Assembly (NCBI GenBank): GCA_963841435.1
Contig: CAWJCS010000006.1
Location: 1,216,001 to 1,280,000 of the forward strand
Direction: 5' to 3'
Source of the DNA: an uncultured delta proteobacterium
Lineage (GTDB): Bacteria; Myxococcota_A; Polyangia; Polyangiales; Polyangiaceae
DNA: 64,000 nt
Translations under genes and position numbers: made by a program
In this document: piece after piece, positions 1 through 8,876 of the stretch
Layout: each line of letters starts with the position of its first letter
Position numbering within the stretch: position 1 is the stretch's first letter
The notes under the pieces: model-generated
What the model was told of the DNA's origin: nothing
Seen by the model: only the letters and a program-made list of their open reading frames with translations
Database searches by the model: none

Positions 1-708
1 GCCGAGCGCGAGGATGCCGTAGCTTCGTGAGGTAGCCGACCCGCCCTCCACCTTGACGAGGGCGGTGCCGGGGCCGTGCTCGATACGAAAACCGTTCGAC
101 GGCGTCATGCCGGGCGCCGTCACACGCAAGAGCGCGCCCTGAACCACGATGGCGCGGTTGCACGGCGCGGCGCAGACACGCTCCCACCCGTGGTCCTCGA
201 GGGTGCTTCTCGCTTCGAGCCACGAGCCTGGTCGATCGGAGGCGACGTGGACGACCGAGCGCTCGAGCGCGAAGGTGGACGAGCTTGCGACGTCGGCGCC
301 TGCCGCCGTGCCGGCGGGGTTCGGCGCGCTCGCCGGAGCAGCGGGCACCGCCGTCGGCGCCGCGCTCGGTGCCGGGGTCTTAGTCGCCGGAGCGGATGCA
401 TCGGGAGCGAGCGGCGCCGCGGGCTCGCCCGCGGGCGCCGGGCTGTCGGCTGGTGCGACCGCGGGTGCCGGTGCGCTCGCGCTCGACGATGGGAGTGGTG
501 CGGGCGCGCCGGGCGACGCCTGCGGCGGAGGCGGGGCGCCACTCGGTCGAGCCGCCTCCGCGCGCGGCGCCCCGGCGGGGCTCGGCGCGCTCGGGCGGCC
601 GGGCGCATCGGCGCTTGCGTACGATGCGAAAGAGGTCGTCACGACGAGTGCCGATACCCACATCTGGAGGTGGGTGGCGACGAATGTGGTCTTGGCCAGG
701 CGCTGCAT
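1..708 (-). CDS. Secreted Pro/Ala-rich protein with a C-terminal beta domain (PEGA-like 'WERVCAAPC' type); runs off the left edge
   Basis: My translation from ATG at 708: MQRLAKTTFVATHLQMWVSALVVTTSFASYASADAPG (signal peptide), a Pro/Ala linker, then VVHVASDRPG...WERVCAAPCNRAIVVQG. Open to base 1, so absent from the ORF track. Confidence 0.7.
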   Translation of the reverse strand, partial: MQRLAKTTFVATHLQMWVSALVVTTSFASYASADAPGRPSAPSPAGAPRAEAARPSGAPPPPQASPGAPAPLPSSSASAPAPAVAPADSPAPAGEPAAPLAPDASAPATKTPAPSAAPTAVPAAPASAPNPAGTAAGADVASSSTFALERSVVHVASDRPGSWLEARSTLEDHGWERVCAAPCNRAIVVQGALLRVTAPGMTPSNGFRIEHGPGTALVKVEGGSATSRSYGILALG

Positions 709-844
709 GTGGGGCGCGATTATCCCAGAAATAGTCACCCGAGGCCGAGCGTGCCGTCGCGCTCGGCGAAGCAAGGCGAAAAGGGCGCCGCCGAGGCCGA
801 AGCGGAAGGATCTCGAGGTCGAAATTGCTGCACGAAGCCGAGAC

Positions 845-980
845 GACCCAGAAGACCCCCACAAACCTCGCGCGCTGCGCCCGGAAGAAGACAGCGCACG
901 AACCAGAAACGACCAAGCACGACCAGAACGACCAGAACGACCAGGAAACGAGAACAAAGAACGGGAAAGAACCAGAAGCG
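845..980 (+). repeat. Degenerate 9-11 nt tandem repeat ACCAGAA(A/C/G)CG in a T-free tract
   Basis: Copies at about 902, 912, 922, 931, 940 and 971, plus a variant at 847; no T between 877 and 980; intergenic between divergent genes. Confidence 0.7.
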
Positions 981-1143
981 TGTCGTGAAAAATGAGCGAG
1001 CGGCCCGTGTCGAGTCGAACGCTCCTTGCCTAGCAAGACTGCCGAAGTCGAGGCTCGCGCGGCGAGGATTTGACCGAGCCGATCGATGAGCGCTAATCTC
1101 GAAACGTAGCGTGGGCGAGCCGTGCGCCACCACGCGCCATCGC

Positions 1144-1996
1144 GTGGCCCGTTACCGCCTTCGATTCCTGCTCCAGGAGATTGACCTGGGTTCCGGCGTC
1201 ACCGTCATCGGACGCAGCGCCGCCTGCCAGATTACCATCGACGACCCGCTCGTTTCGCGCGAGCACGCTCGCATCGTCGTCGATGGAGACGACATCACGG
1301 TCGAGGATCTCGGCTCGAGAAACGGCGTCCAGGTCGGTGGCAAGCCCGCGAAGGGCGTCGTGGCGCTCACCGATCAGGATCGGGTTCGCATTGGGTCGCA
1401 GGAGCTCGTCGTGTGCGTGATCGGCGGGACCGGCACGCCGCCGCAAAAGCGCACCACCGGGTTCATGTGCCACTGTGCCGACTGCGGGATGCCCTATCCG
1501 GCGGAAAGCCCGTCGTGCCCGGCTTGCGGCTCGGTGGCCCGCTCCCAGGAGGAGACGCTCTCCGGAGCGCGCTCCGAGCGCGACTGGTCGCTCGAGCTCG
1601 CTGCCGAGGCGCTCACGAGGGCGCTCGCCAAGAAGAGCTGGCCCGACGTTCGAGCGGCTCCTCCTGCGTGCCCGACTCCACGTCGAGCAACGCCTCACCG
1701 AAGACGGCCGCATCGACCGGCGGCCGCTCGAAGGCGTCGGCGATGCCGCCGTGGGGCTTGCCCTGGCGACGGGGGAGGTCTCTTGGGTCCGATGGGCACT
1801 TTCGCTCTACGCCACGCTCGGTCAGGTGCCGCCGAGCGGGCTGCCCCGCAGCCTTTCGACGTTCCCGCTCGCGCTCAGAGGCGCGCTCGCGCCGGCGGTT
1901 CGCCGCGTCGTCGATGCCATCAACTCGAAGGGGGGGCCGAGCGAGGAGGAGCGTGAAAGCTTCAACGAGCTCGTGCTCCTCGCGGGCGGGCCCTGA
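1144..1996 (+). CDS. FHA-domain protein with CxxC-x10-CxxC zinc ribbon and helical C-terminal domain; apparent +1 frameshift at ~1650
   Basis: FHA motifs IGRS, VSREHA and DLGSRNG; CADC...CPAC. The protein continues in ORF 1475..1996 (ERLLLRARL...WVRWALSLYATLG) if one T of GACGTTCGAG is removed. Confidence 0.8.
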
Positions 1997-2018
1997 GCGA
2001 GCAGGCGAGGGAAGCAGC

Positions 2019-2753
2019 GTGCGTTACGTCCTTCGCCTCGGCCCCCGCGAGTTCGAGCTTCTCCGGGGCCGATTCGTGATCGGTCGCGCCGAGGGCTGCC
2101 AGCTCGCGCTCGACGACCCGCTCGTCTCGCGTACGCACGCAGCGCTCGTCGTGAGCGAAGAGGGCGTCGTGCTCGAGGACCTCGGGAGTCGGAATGGGGT
2201 TAGCGTCAACGGCGAGCGCGTGAGCGGTACGCGCCCGCTCGTGCCCAACGACGTGCTCACCGTGGGCAAGAGCGAACTGGTCCTGGCGCTCCGGCGCGAA
2301 TTTGCCGCCGAGACCCTGGCCCAGATGCCGACCCAGCGGCTGCCGCCCTTCGGGCTCATTGGCATGCTTGCCGAGAAGGCACTCGCGCTCGGTCGGGGCG
2401 ACGAGGCCGAGCGGCTCATGGGAGCCCAGATCGACCAGGTGGTCTCCGACGCGGAGAACGGGCGGCGCGTCGACCTGGCGAGCGCCGAGCGTGCCGCCGA
2501 GTATGCCCTGCGCATCGCCACCTCGACGGGCAACGCGGAACGCGCAAACTCGATGCTTCGCCTGTACGCTGCGCTGCGCCGCCCCTGCTCCACGAGCATG
2601 GTGGAGGAGCTCCACGCCGTGCTGCGCAAGGCAAGGCTGCCGCGGCTCGAGGCGCTCAGGAACTACGTCGCCGTCCTCAAAGAGCTCGAGCTGGGCCCGG
2701 CCGAACGCTTCGTGGCAAGCCGGCTGGAAGGCCTCGCGCGATCGCTCTCGTGA
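2019..2753 (+). CDS. FHA-domain protein (paralog 2)
   Basis: GTG start; IGRAEGC, VSRTHA, DLGSRNG; C-terminal domain similar to that of the next gene. Confidence 0.85.
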   Translation: MRYVLRLGPREFELLRGRFVIGRAEGCQLALDDPLVSRTHAALVVSEEGVVLEDLGSRNGVSVNGERVSGTRPLVPNDVLTVGKSELVLALRREFAAETLAQMPTQRLPPFGLIGMLAEKALALGRGDEAERLMGAQIDQVVSDAENGRRVDLASAERAAEYALRIATSTGNAERANSMLRLYAALRRPCSTSMVEELHAVLRKARLPRLEALRNYVAVLKELELGPAERFVASRLEGLARSLS

Positions 2754-2841
2754 ACGGGCTCACGCGGAGAGGAGGCAGGGCTAGGTCGCCGGGCCGCGCG
2801 ACGCTCGACGTTCCCCGCCCGGCCGGGGTACCTTGTTGCTG

Positions 2842-3696
2842 GTGACGAGCGAGCGTGACCCGAAAGGCCTCTCGGGGGCGCCCAACAGCGGGCCTCGGCG
2901 TTTCTGGCTCGAGCACGACGGACCGAGCATCGAGCTCCGGCGCGGGCAGATGCTGATCGGGCGCAGCTCCGGCTGTCACATCGTGCTCGAGGACAACATG
3001 GTGTCGCGACGGCACGCCGAGCTTCGCGTATCGGACGACGCCGTGACGGTTCAGGATCTCGGCAGCGTCAACGGGATCTACGTCAACGGCGAGCGCGTGC
3101 GCGAGCCTCGACGACTGCGCGACGGCGATCGCCTGCTCGTCGGGCAGCGCGAGCTCAAGTTGAAGAGCCTCGAGCGCGACTCGATGCCTGCCATGCACGA
3201 TCGGCTCACGGCCGAGACCCTGGGCGGCGAGCTGCGCGTCCCCGCGCCGACGAGCGAGGACACGACGCACATCGGAGACGTGTTCGACGTGCTCGGCAGC
3301 GTCGCCAACAAGGTGCTCGCGTTGGATCGTGGCGACGAGGCGGAGCGCATTCTGTCGGGCGTGCTCCAGAGCGTTCTGCGCGAGGTCGCCGAGGGGCGCC
3401 CCGTGTCGTCGGCAACGACCGAGCAGGCCGCCGGCTACGCGGTGCGCATCGCCGCCGCGACCGGTCGGGCGCACTGGCTCGACTACACCATCGAGCTTTA
3501 CGGGACGCTCGGGCGCGTGCTGCCCGGTCCGATCGTCGATCAGCTCTACGACGTCGTGCGCAAGGCGCGCGGCATGAACGTGCAGGCGCTCAGGGCTTAC
3601 GTCGCGACGTTGCAGGGCGGTGCCGCGAGTCTGCGGCCTGCGGAGCGCTTCGTATTGCAGCGGCTCGAGGGGCTCGAGCGCGTGCTGTTGAGCTAG
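2842..3696 (+). CDS. FHA-domain protein (paralog 3)
   Basis: IGRSSGC, VSRRHA, DLGSVNG; C-terminus ALDRGDEAERIL...PAERFVLQRLEGL matches paralog 2. Start may be 2833. Confidence 0.85.
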   Translation: MTSERDPKGLSGAPNSGPRRFWLEHDGPSIELRRGQMLIGRSSGCHIVLEDNMVSRRHAELRVSDDAVTVQDLGSVNGIYVNGERVREPRRLRDGDRLLVGQRELKLKSLERDSMPAMHDRLTAETLGGELRVPAPTSEDTTHIGDVFDVLGSVANKVLALDRGDEAERILSGVLQSVLREVAEGRPVSSATTEQAAGYAVRIAAATGRAHWLDYTIELYGTLGRVLPGPIVDQLYDVVRKARGMNVQALRAYVATLQGGAASLRPAERFVLQRLEGLERVLLS

Positions 3697-4147
3697 CGGG
3701 GGCGCGCGACAGGCCGAGCGCGGCGGCCTCCTCGATGGCTGCGCGCAGGGCCGGGTCCATCACCTTGGCGAGCTCCGCGCGCACGGTTTCGGGTAGCTCG
3801 GCGCGTGGCCGCGGCGGACGCGCTCCCGAGATCACCGGCGCCGCGGGCGCCATCGGGCGGACCCGGAAGCGCAAGGACCGCACGGGGATGCCGAGGTCCC
3901 TGAGGCGGCCGAGTAGCTCGCCCGTGAAGAAACTGAGCTCCTGCGCCCACGCCGCCGAGGCCACGTGCAGCGTGAGCACGCCGCCGCGCAGCTTACCCGG
4001 CTCGGTGCGCGCCGCGATGCGGGCACCCACGGCGCGGCGCCAGCCTTCACGGTCGAGCACGACGCCACCGGCCTTGGCCGTCGCGTCGCGCGCGCCCTCG
4101 AGGAGCACGCCGAGCGGCGACGGCGAGCGCACGCGCCGGGGCGTCAC
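3590..4147 (-). CDS. dciA: DUF721 / DciA family protein
   Basis: W..AVG.RIA.RTEP.KLRGGVLTLHVASAAWAQELSF pattern typical of DUF721. The 3' end overlaps FHA3 by 107 nt, so the true stop may be near 3693. Confidence 0.7.
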   Translation of the reverse strand: MTPRRVRSPSPLGVLLEGARDATAKAGGVVLDREGWRRAVGARIAARTEPGKLRGGVLTLHVASAAWAQELSFFTGELLGRLRDLGIPVRSLRFRVRPMAPAAPVISGARPPRPRAELPETVRAELAKVMDPALRAAIEEAAALGLSRAPASSTARARAPRAAAIRSAPQAADSRHRPATSRRKP

Positions 4148-4201
4148 GAGCCGTCCCGGCGGCAGCGGGATCCGTCTGTCACGGGGGTGTGCTCCCCGGC
4201 G

Positions 4202-5134
4202 TTAAGGATTGACCACGAACGTTCGCTCGCCGCGCTCGAAGAAGCCGATGATCTGCCGAGCGGCCGCGAGACCGGCGTTGACGTTGGCCTCTTCTGTCTG
4301 CGCGCCCATCTTGTTGGGCGTGACGTAAACGCGCGCGGCGTACTTTTCCTTGAGGGTCGCGTAGGTCGCATCGCTTGGCGCGATGTCGGAGAGGTAGCGG
4401 AAATCGGCTCGCTCCGCGAACACCTCGAGCAGCTCCGCCTCGTTGATGATCTCTTTGCGGGCCGTGTTGACGAGCGTGCCGCCCTTGGGGAGCAGCGAAA
4501 GGAGCTTCTTGCCGATCGAGCCCTTGGTCTCCCCGGTCGCCGGGACGTGAAGCGAAACGTATTGGGCGCGGCGATAGAGCTCCTCCGCCGAGCCGACTGG
4601 CTCCACGCCAGCGGCCTGGAACGCCTCGGGCTTCACGAAGGGGTCGTACGCGAAGACCTGCATGCCGAAACCGCCCGCGATGGTTGCGACAGCGCGCCCC
4701 ACGGCGCCGAAGGCGTGCAGACCGAGGCTCTTGCCGCGGATCTCGCGTCCCGTCTTACCGTCGAACTTGCCACGTGCAGCGTAGATCATCATGCCGAAGA
4801 CCAGCTCGGCGACGGCGTTGGCGTTCTGACCGGGGGTGTTCATGACTGCAACCCCCTTCTGTTTGGCGGCGGCCGTGTCGATATTGTCGTAGCCAGCGCC
4901 GGCGCGGACCACGAGCGCGAGCTTCTTCGCGGCTCCGAGCACCTCGGGGTCGATGATATCGCTGCGCACGATGGCGGCGTCGGCGTCGCCGATGGCTTCG
5001 AGCAGCGGCGCCTTGCCCTTGTAGCTCTCGAGCACGCGCGCGGTGTAGCCGGCCCCTTCGATGATGGACACGACTTCCTTGCGAGCGGCTTCTGAGAATG
5101 GCTTTTCGGTGGCGAGCAGGACTGTCTTTGACAC
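4202..5134 (-). CDS. serA: D-3-phosphoglycerate dehydrogenase, short Lys-type (type IIIK)
   Basis: ATEKPF N-terminus, VRAGAGYDNID, NTPGQNANAVAEL, NTARKE, TPNKMGAQTEEA; no ACT domain. Confidence 0.85.
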   Translation of the reverse strand: MSKTVLLATEKPFSEAARKEVVSIIEGAGYTARVLESYKGKAPLLEAIGDADAAIVRSDIIDPEVLGAAKKLALVVRAGAGYDNIDTAAAKQKGVAVMNTPGQNANAVAELVFGMMIYAARGKFDGKTGREIRGKSLGLHAFGAVGRAVATIAGGFGMQVFAYDPFVKPEAFQAAGVEPVGSAEELYRRAQYVSLHVPATGETKGSIGKKLLSLLPKGGTLVNTARKEIINEAELLEVFAERADFRYLSDIAPSDATYATLKEKYAARVYVTPNKMGAQTEEANVNAGLAAARQIIGFFERGERTFVVNP

Positions 5135-5494
5135 GGTGAACCTCGTCGGGCTGGCGCGGCGTTTCGCGCGGCTACGACGCCATGCCTAATGGGCCGAGGG
5201 GCTCGCCGCAAGGTCGACCCGCTTCTTGCGGTTCGAGCCAGGCGGCGCTACCCTCGAAGCGGGCAGTCTTGGAAGGCAGGATCTCGATCGGCGCGAGTGG
5301 CGACTTGCCACACGAGAGCGCCGGCGGGGCCGACGCCGTGCTCGGTTTCAGCATCGCGACAGACGCGCGACCTTTCCGAAAGGGCGTCGCTGGGCTGACT
5401 CTTCTGTCGCCCAGGCCCGGCACCTGACGTTGTCTTTGCGGCCCGCGCCGACTGCGATCCGTTCTTCCAAGATCACCCAGCTCGCGCCTAGCGG

Positions 5495-5523
5495 TTGACA
5501 TCCCGCGTCACCGCCGGGAGATT
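5495..5523 (+). promoter_or_regulatory. Putative sigma70 promoter of sodB (TTGACA-N17-GAGATT)
   Basis: Perfect -35 at 5495-5500, 17-nt spacer, weak -10 at 5518-5523; SD AGGAG before ATG 5594. Confidence 0.4.
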
Positions 5524-5593
5524 CCGGGGCAGCGCCGCGATCCCGGCCCGAGGGGCGCACGCACTGTCGCAAAAAAGTAAAAGGAGCGATCCC

Positions 5594-6181
5594 ATGAATT
5601 TCGAGGTTTCCCCGCTGCCGTACTCAAAGGACGCGCTCGCGCCCGTCATGAGCCAAGAAACGTTCGATTATCACTACGAGAAGCACCACAAATCCTACAT
5701 GACGAACCTCAAGGGCCTGCTCGAAGGCAAGCCCGAGGCTCAGAAGTCGCTGGTCGAGGTGATTCGCACGAGCTCGGCCGGTGTCTTCAACAATGCGGCG
5801 CAGGTCTACAACCACACGTTCTTCTGGGAGAGCATGAAGCCCGCTGGCGGCGGCGCGCCCCCGTCGGGCGACGTCGGCGACCTCATCGCCGGCATGGGCG
5901 GCTGGGACAAGGTGCGGGCCGACCTCGTGGCTGCGGGGATGGGGCGTTTCGGCTCCGGCTGGGCCTGGCTCGTGCTCGACGGCCAGAAGGGCGCCATCAT
6001 CAGCACCCCGAACGCGGAAACGCCGCTCACGACGAGCCAGGTGCCGCTGCTCACGGTCGACGTGTGGGAGCACGCCTACTACATCGACCACCGCAACAAC
6101 CGGAAGGCCTTCCTCGAGGCGTTTTGCGACAAGCTCATCAACTGGGACTTCGTCGCCAAGAATCTCAAGGCTGCCAAGTGA
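5594..6181 (+). CDS. sodB: Fe superoxide dismutase
   Basis: HYEKHH, NNAAQVYNHTFFW (the AAQ motif favours Fe-SOD), GSGWAWL, DVWEHAYY. Confidence 0.92.
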   Translation: MNFEVSPLPYSKDALAPVMSQETFDYHYEKHHKSYMTNLKGLLEGKPEAQKSLVEVIRTSSAGVFNNAAQVYNHTFFWESMKPAGGGAPPSGDVGDLIAGMGGWDKVRADLVAAGMGRFGSGWAWLVLDGQKGAIISTPNAETPLTTSQVPLLTVDVWEHAYYIDHRNNRKAFLEAFCDKLINWDFVAKNLKAAK

Positions 6182-6268
6182 GGCGCAGGGCAGGGGTCGC
6201 GACGCGGCCCCTGCAGCTACGCTTCGGCGACGCCGAAGAAGTTGACGCGGGGTTCGGGCCGAAGGGTC

Positions 6269-6739
6269 CTAGGTTACTTCGCCGTTCGTCGGCAGGATGG
6301 GCGCCCACAGGAGCCGCGAGAGCAGCCGGTCGTCGATGATCATGCCGCGCTGGCTGAAGTGCAGGGCGTTTTCGGTGCCGTCCTCGCGCCACTGACCGAC
6401 GAAAACGATGCCGCGCCCGCGCTCGTCGTAGCCGAGCTCGACGACGGCGTTCTTGAGCCAGCGGCCGCCGCCCTCGAACTCGAGCGCCTCGGGGAGGGTG
6501 TAGAAGCCTTCGGCGGGTAGCTGCTTGAGCGTGCGCGCCCACGTCGGCGAGCGAAGTGGCGTGGTGGGCTCGCCCCAGAACCACCGATTGCGGCGGTTGC
6601 TGCCCGGTCGCACGACGAACTTGCCGCCGCCGTTCTGCGACTGACCGACGAAGACGAGCACGTTCTGAGGGAACGCCTCCTCGTGCCCGGGCATGGGCTG
6701 GGTGGTTCGATAGAGACCGTTGTCCGGCAAGTCCAGCAT
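6269..6739 (-). CDS. Hypothetical protein
   Basis: Globular-looking composition (MLDLPDNGLYRT...NRWFWGEP) and strand-consistent codon bias. Confidence 0.7.
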   Translation of the reverse strand: MLDLPDNGLYRTTQPMPGHEEAFPQNVLVFVGQSQNGGGKFVVRPGSNRRNRWFWGEPTTPLRSPTWARTLKQLPAEGFYTLPEALEFEGGGRWLKNAVVELGYDERGRGIVFVGQWREDGTENALHFSQRGMIIDDRLLSRLLWAPILPTNGEVT

Positions 6740-6905
6740 GGTGCTCGATTCTCGTTCCGAGGAATCGAACCTTAGCATCCCGCCCGATCGCGTTGCCAGC
6801 GGGCGCGGTCCGCCGAGCCGGCCCCGTGACCGTAGGCCAAGCTCGCGTCTCGAGGCGACAAGACCCCGGATTTTTTATAGCCTCGGGCTCGAGCGAGGAC
6901 CAAAC

Positions 6906-7559
6906 ATGGCAAAGCCCAGAGGCTCGACCAGGACTACCCCGAAGCGGGCAACGAAACCGGTGAAAGCCGCGGCGAAGCGTGCAACGAAGACCACCAAGCG
7001 CGCGGCCGAGGCGAGCACGACCGCGAGGCCGACGAAGCCGAGCGCGAAGGCCAAGCCGAGCCCGAAGGCCAGACCGACGAGCACGACGGCCAAAGGCGGA
7101 ATCAACGTCGGGAAACGGGCGCCGCGCTTCCAGCTCAAGGACGAAAAAGGAAAGCTCGTGACCTCCGATGCCCTCGCCGGCGCCCCCTACGTCCTTTACT
7201 TCTACCCGAAGGATGACACCTCGGGTTGTACCAAAGAAGCTTGCGGGTTTCGTGACGCGTCACGCCATTTCGGCAAGCAGAAAGTGCGCGTCATCGGTGT
7301 GAGCCCGGATTCGGAAGCAAGTCACGCACGCTTCGCCCAGAAGTACGGGTTGCCGTTCACGCTGCTCGCCGATCCCGACAAGGTGCTCGCCAAGGCGTAC
7401 GGCGTGTGGGTGCTGAAGAAGAACTATGGTCGCGAGTACATGGGCATCAATCGCAGCACTTTCGTCGTGGATGCACAGGGTATCGTCCGCAAGGTTTTCC
7501 GCAGCGTGAAGGTGAACGGGCACGTCAACCAAGTGCTCGCCGTGGCGAGCACGCTCTGA
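6906..7559 (+). CDS. bcp: Peroxiredoxin Bcp/PrxQ with N-terminal Lys/Ala/Thr/Pro-rich extension
   Basis: YFYPKDDTSGCTKEACGFRD, GVSPD, RSTF; SD GAGGA upstream of ATG 6906. Confidence 0.9.
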   Translation: MAKPRGSTRTTPKRATKPVKAAAKRATKTTKRAAEASTTARPTKPSAKAKPSPKARPTSTTAKGGINVGKRAPRFQLKDEKGKLVTSDALAGAPYVLYFYPKDDTSGCTKEACGFRDASRHFGKQKVRVIGVSPDSEASHARFAQKYGLPFTLLADPDKVLAKAYGVWVLKKNYGREYMGINRSTFVVDAQGIVRKVFRSVKVNGHVNQVLAVASTL

Positions 7560-7592
7560 GCGACCGACGAGGACGCGCGCCGCGAGCGCGCG

Positions 7593-8312
7593 TCAGGGCT
7601 CGCGCGCCGACGGCGGCCAGGTGACGGCCGGCATCGGAAACATGGGCTTCGCGAACAGGAAGCCCTGCCCGTAGTCCACGCCGGTATCGCGCAGGGCCGC
7701 GAACTCGTCGTTCGTTTCGATGCCCTCGGCGACGACGGTAGCGCTGAGGTCGGCGCACAGACGCACGACGTTCCTCACGAGATCCTGCTGGCGTTTGCTC
7801 TTGTCGACACCGACGATGAGCTCGCGATCGAGCTTCACGACGCGCGGCTCGAGATCGATGATGCGCTTGAGGTTCGAGTACCCGGCCCCCAGATCGTCCA
7901 CGACGAGGTACACCCCTCCGCGCACGCGCACTTCGCGCAGCACGTGCCGGCAGAGCTCGAAGTGCGTGAGCGGGACCGACTCGGTGATCTCGAGGTAGAT
8001 ATCGCTGTCGTGCGCGTAGATGGGGTCATCCGGCCGAACGAGCCAGGGCTCCTGGAGCTCCTGCGGGTGAACGTTGAGGAAAAGGGGCAGGCCACCTGCC
8101 AGGGGGACGGCAATCTCCCTCACCATCCGACCGAGCCGCCCCACGCACCCCGCGCTCACCGCTCTCTCGAACAGCACCGGAGGGCTGCTGAGCTTCTTCT
8201 GCGCGCAGCGCGCCAGCGCCTCGTACGCGAAGATCCCTCCGTCGTCCATGCGCACGATGGGCTGAAAGACCACGCTCAGCTCGTCCGCGCTCACGAGCGA
8301 CTGGAGGGCCAT
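7593..8312 (-). CDS. Stand-alone EAL-domain c-di-GMP phosphodiesterase
   Basis: FQPIV, YEALAR, EITES, DDLGAGYS, KLDR, AEGIE and QGFL are all present. Alternative starts at 8372 and 8444. Confidence 0.88.
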   Translation of the reverse strand: MALQSLVSADELSVVFQPIVRMDDGGIFAYEALARCAQKKLSSPPVLFERAVSAGCVGRLGRMVREIAVPLAGGLPLFLNVHPQELQEPWLVRPDDPIYAHDSDIYLEITESVPLTHFELCRHVLREVRVRGGVYLVVDDLGAGYSNLKRIIDLEPRVVKLDRELIVGVDKSKRQQDLVRNVVRLCADLSATVVAEGIETNDEFAALRDTGVDYGQGFLFAKPMFPMPAVTWPPSAREP

Positions 8313-8876
8313 GTAGGAGTCGCGTCCTGCGGCCGCTGCGAGCGGCGACGCGAAAGGCAGCGCCTCACGCATGGCCGGTGGAAGGGAGCTTGGTGGGGTC
8401 AGTCTCAATCTCCCGGGAACTTCGATGACATCGCAGGTATCCAACGTTTACGCTTAACACGCCGCCCAGACCCCTTCAACCAACGCCCGCCAATCTTTCG
8501 ATTCTCCCGAGTCAATCGGGCATGTCTTTTTTTCTGAGCGGCGTTCGGTCGAGTGAGAAGTCAGTCGTCGCGTGGGAGAGTCTCGTCTTCTGGTCCTCTG
8601 TGGTTCGCTTTCAGGTCTAGTCTTCTGGTGTCTCGTCCCCTTCGCCGGCACTCACGTTTTACCTGGCCCCTCCCGGAGAGCCGCTCCACGACTCGGCCGA
8701 CTGGCCACCCTCGGTTCTCCGCCCCGCGCTGCGCGGCTCGATGCTCTCGGTTCGTTTCGCCTCCCGGTGTATGGTGCCCTCCCGCTCGGGCCCAGAGAAC
8801 GCGCCCCCGCGGGCACACCCGCTATCCAGTGGACTCTAACGCAAGAGTGGTTTCGGTGACATTTCCAAAACGATGC

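Noticed and set aside
76-1089. Plus-strand ORFs 76..1089 and 149..988
   Set aside because: They are antisense to the minus-strand secreted protein starting at 708, which has a signal peptide and a recognisable domain.
3590-3696. 107-nt convergent overlap of the DUF721 gene with FHA3
   Set aside because: The extension is low-complexity; one more base in the G5 run at 3698-3702 would put a TAG at 3693 in frame, so it is probably an error or trivial stop drift.
5135-5494. Long serA-sodB intergenic region as a riboswitch or sRNA
   Set aside because: I could not recognise a conserved RNA motif or terminator; an Rfam/Infernal scan would be needed.
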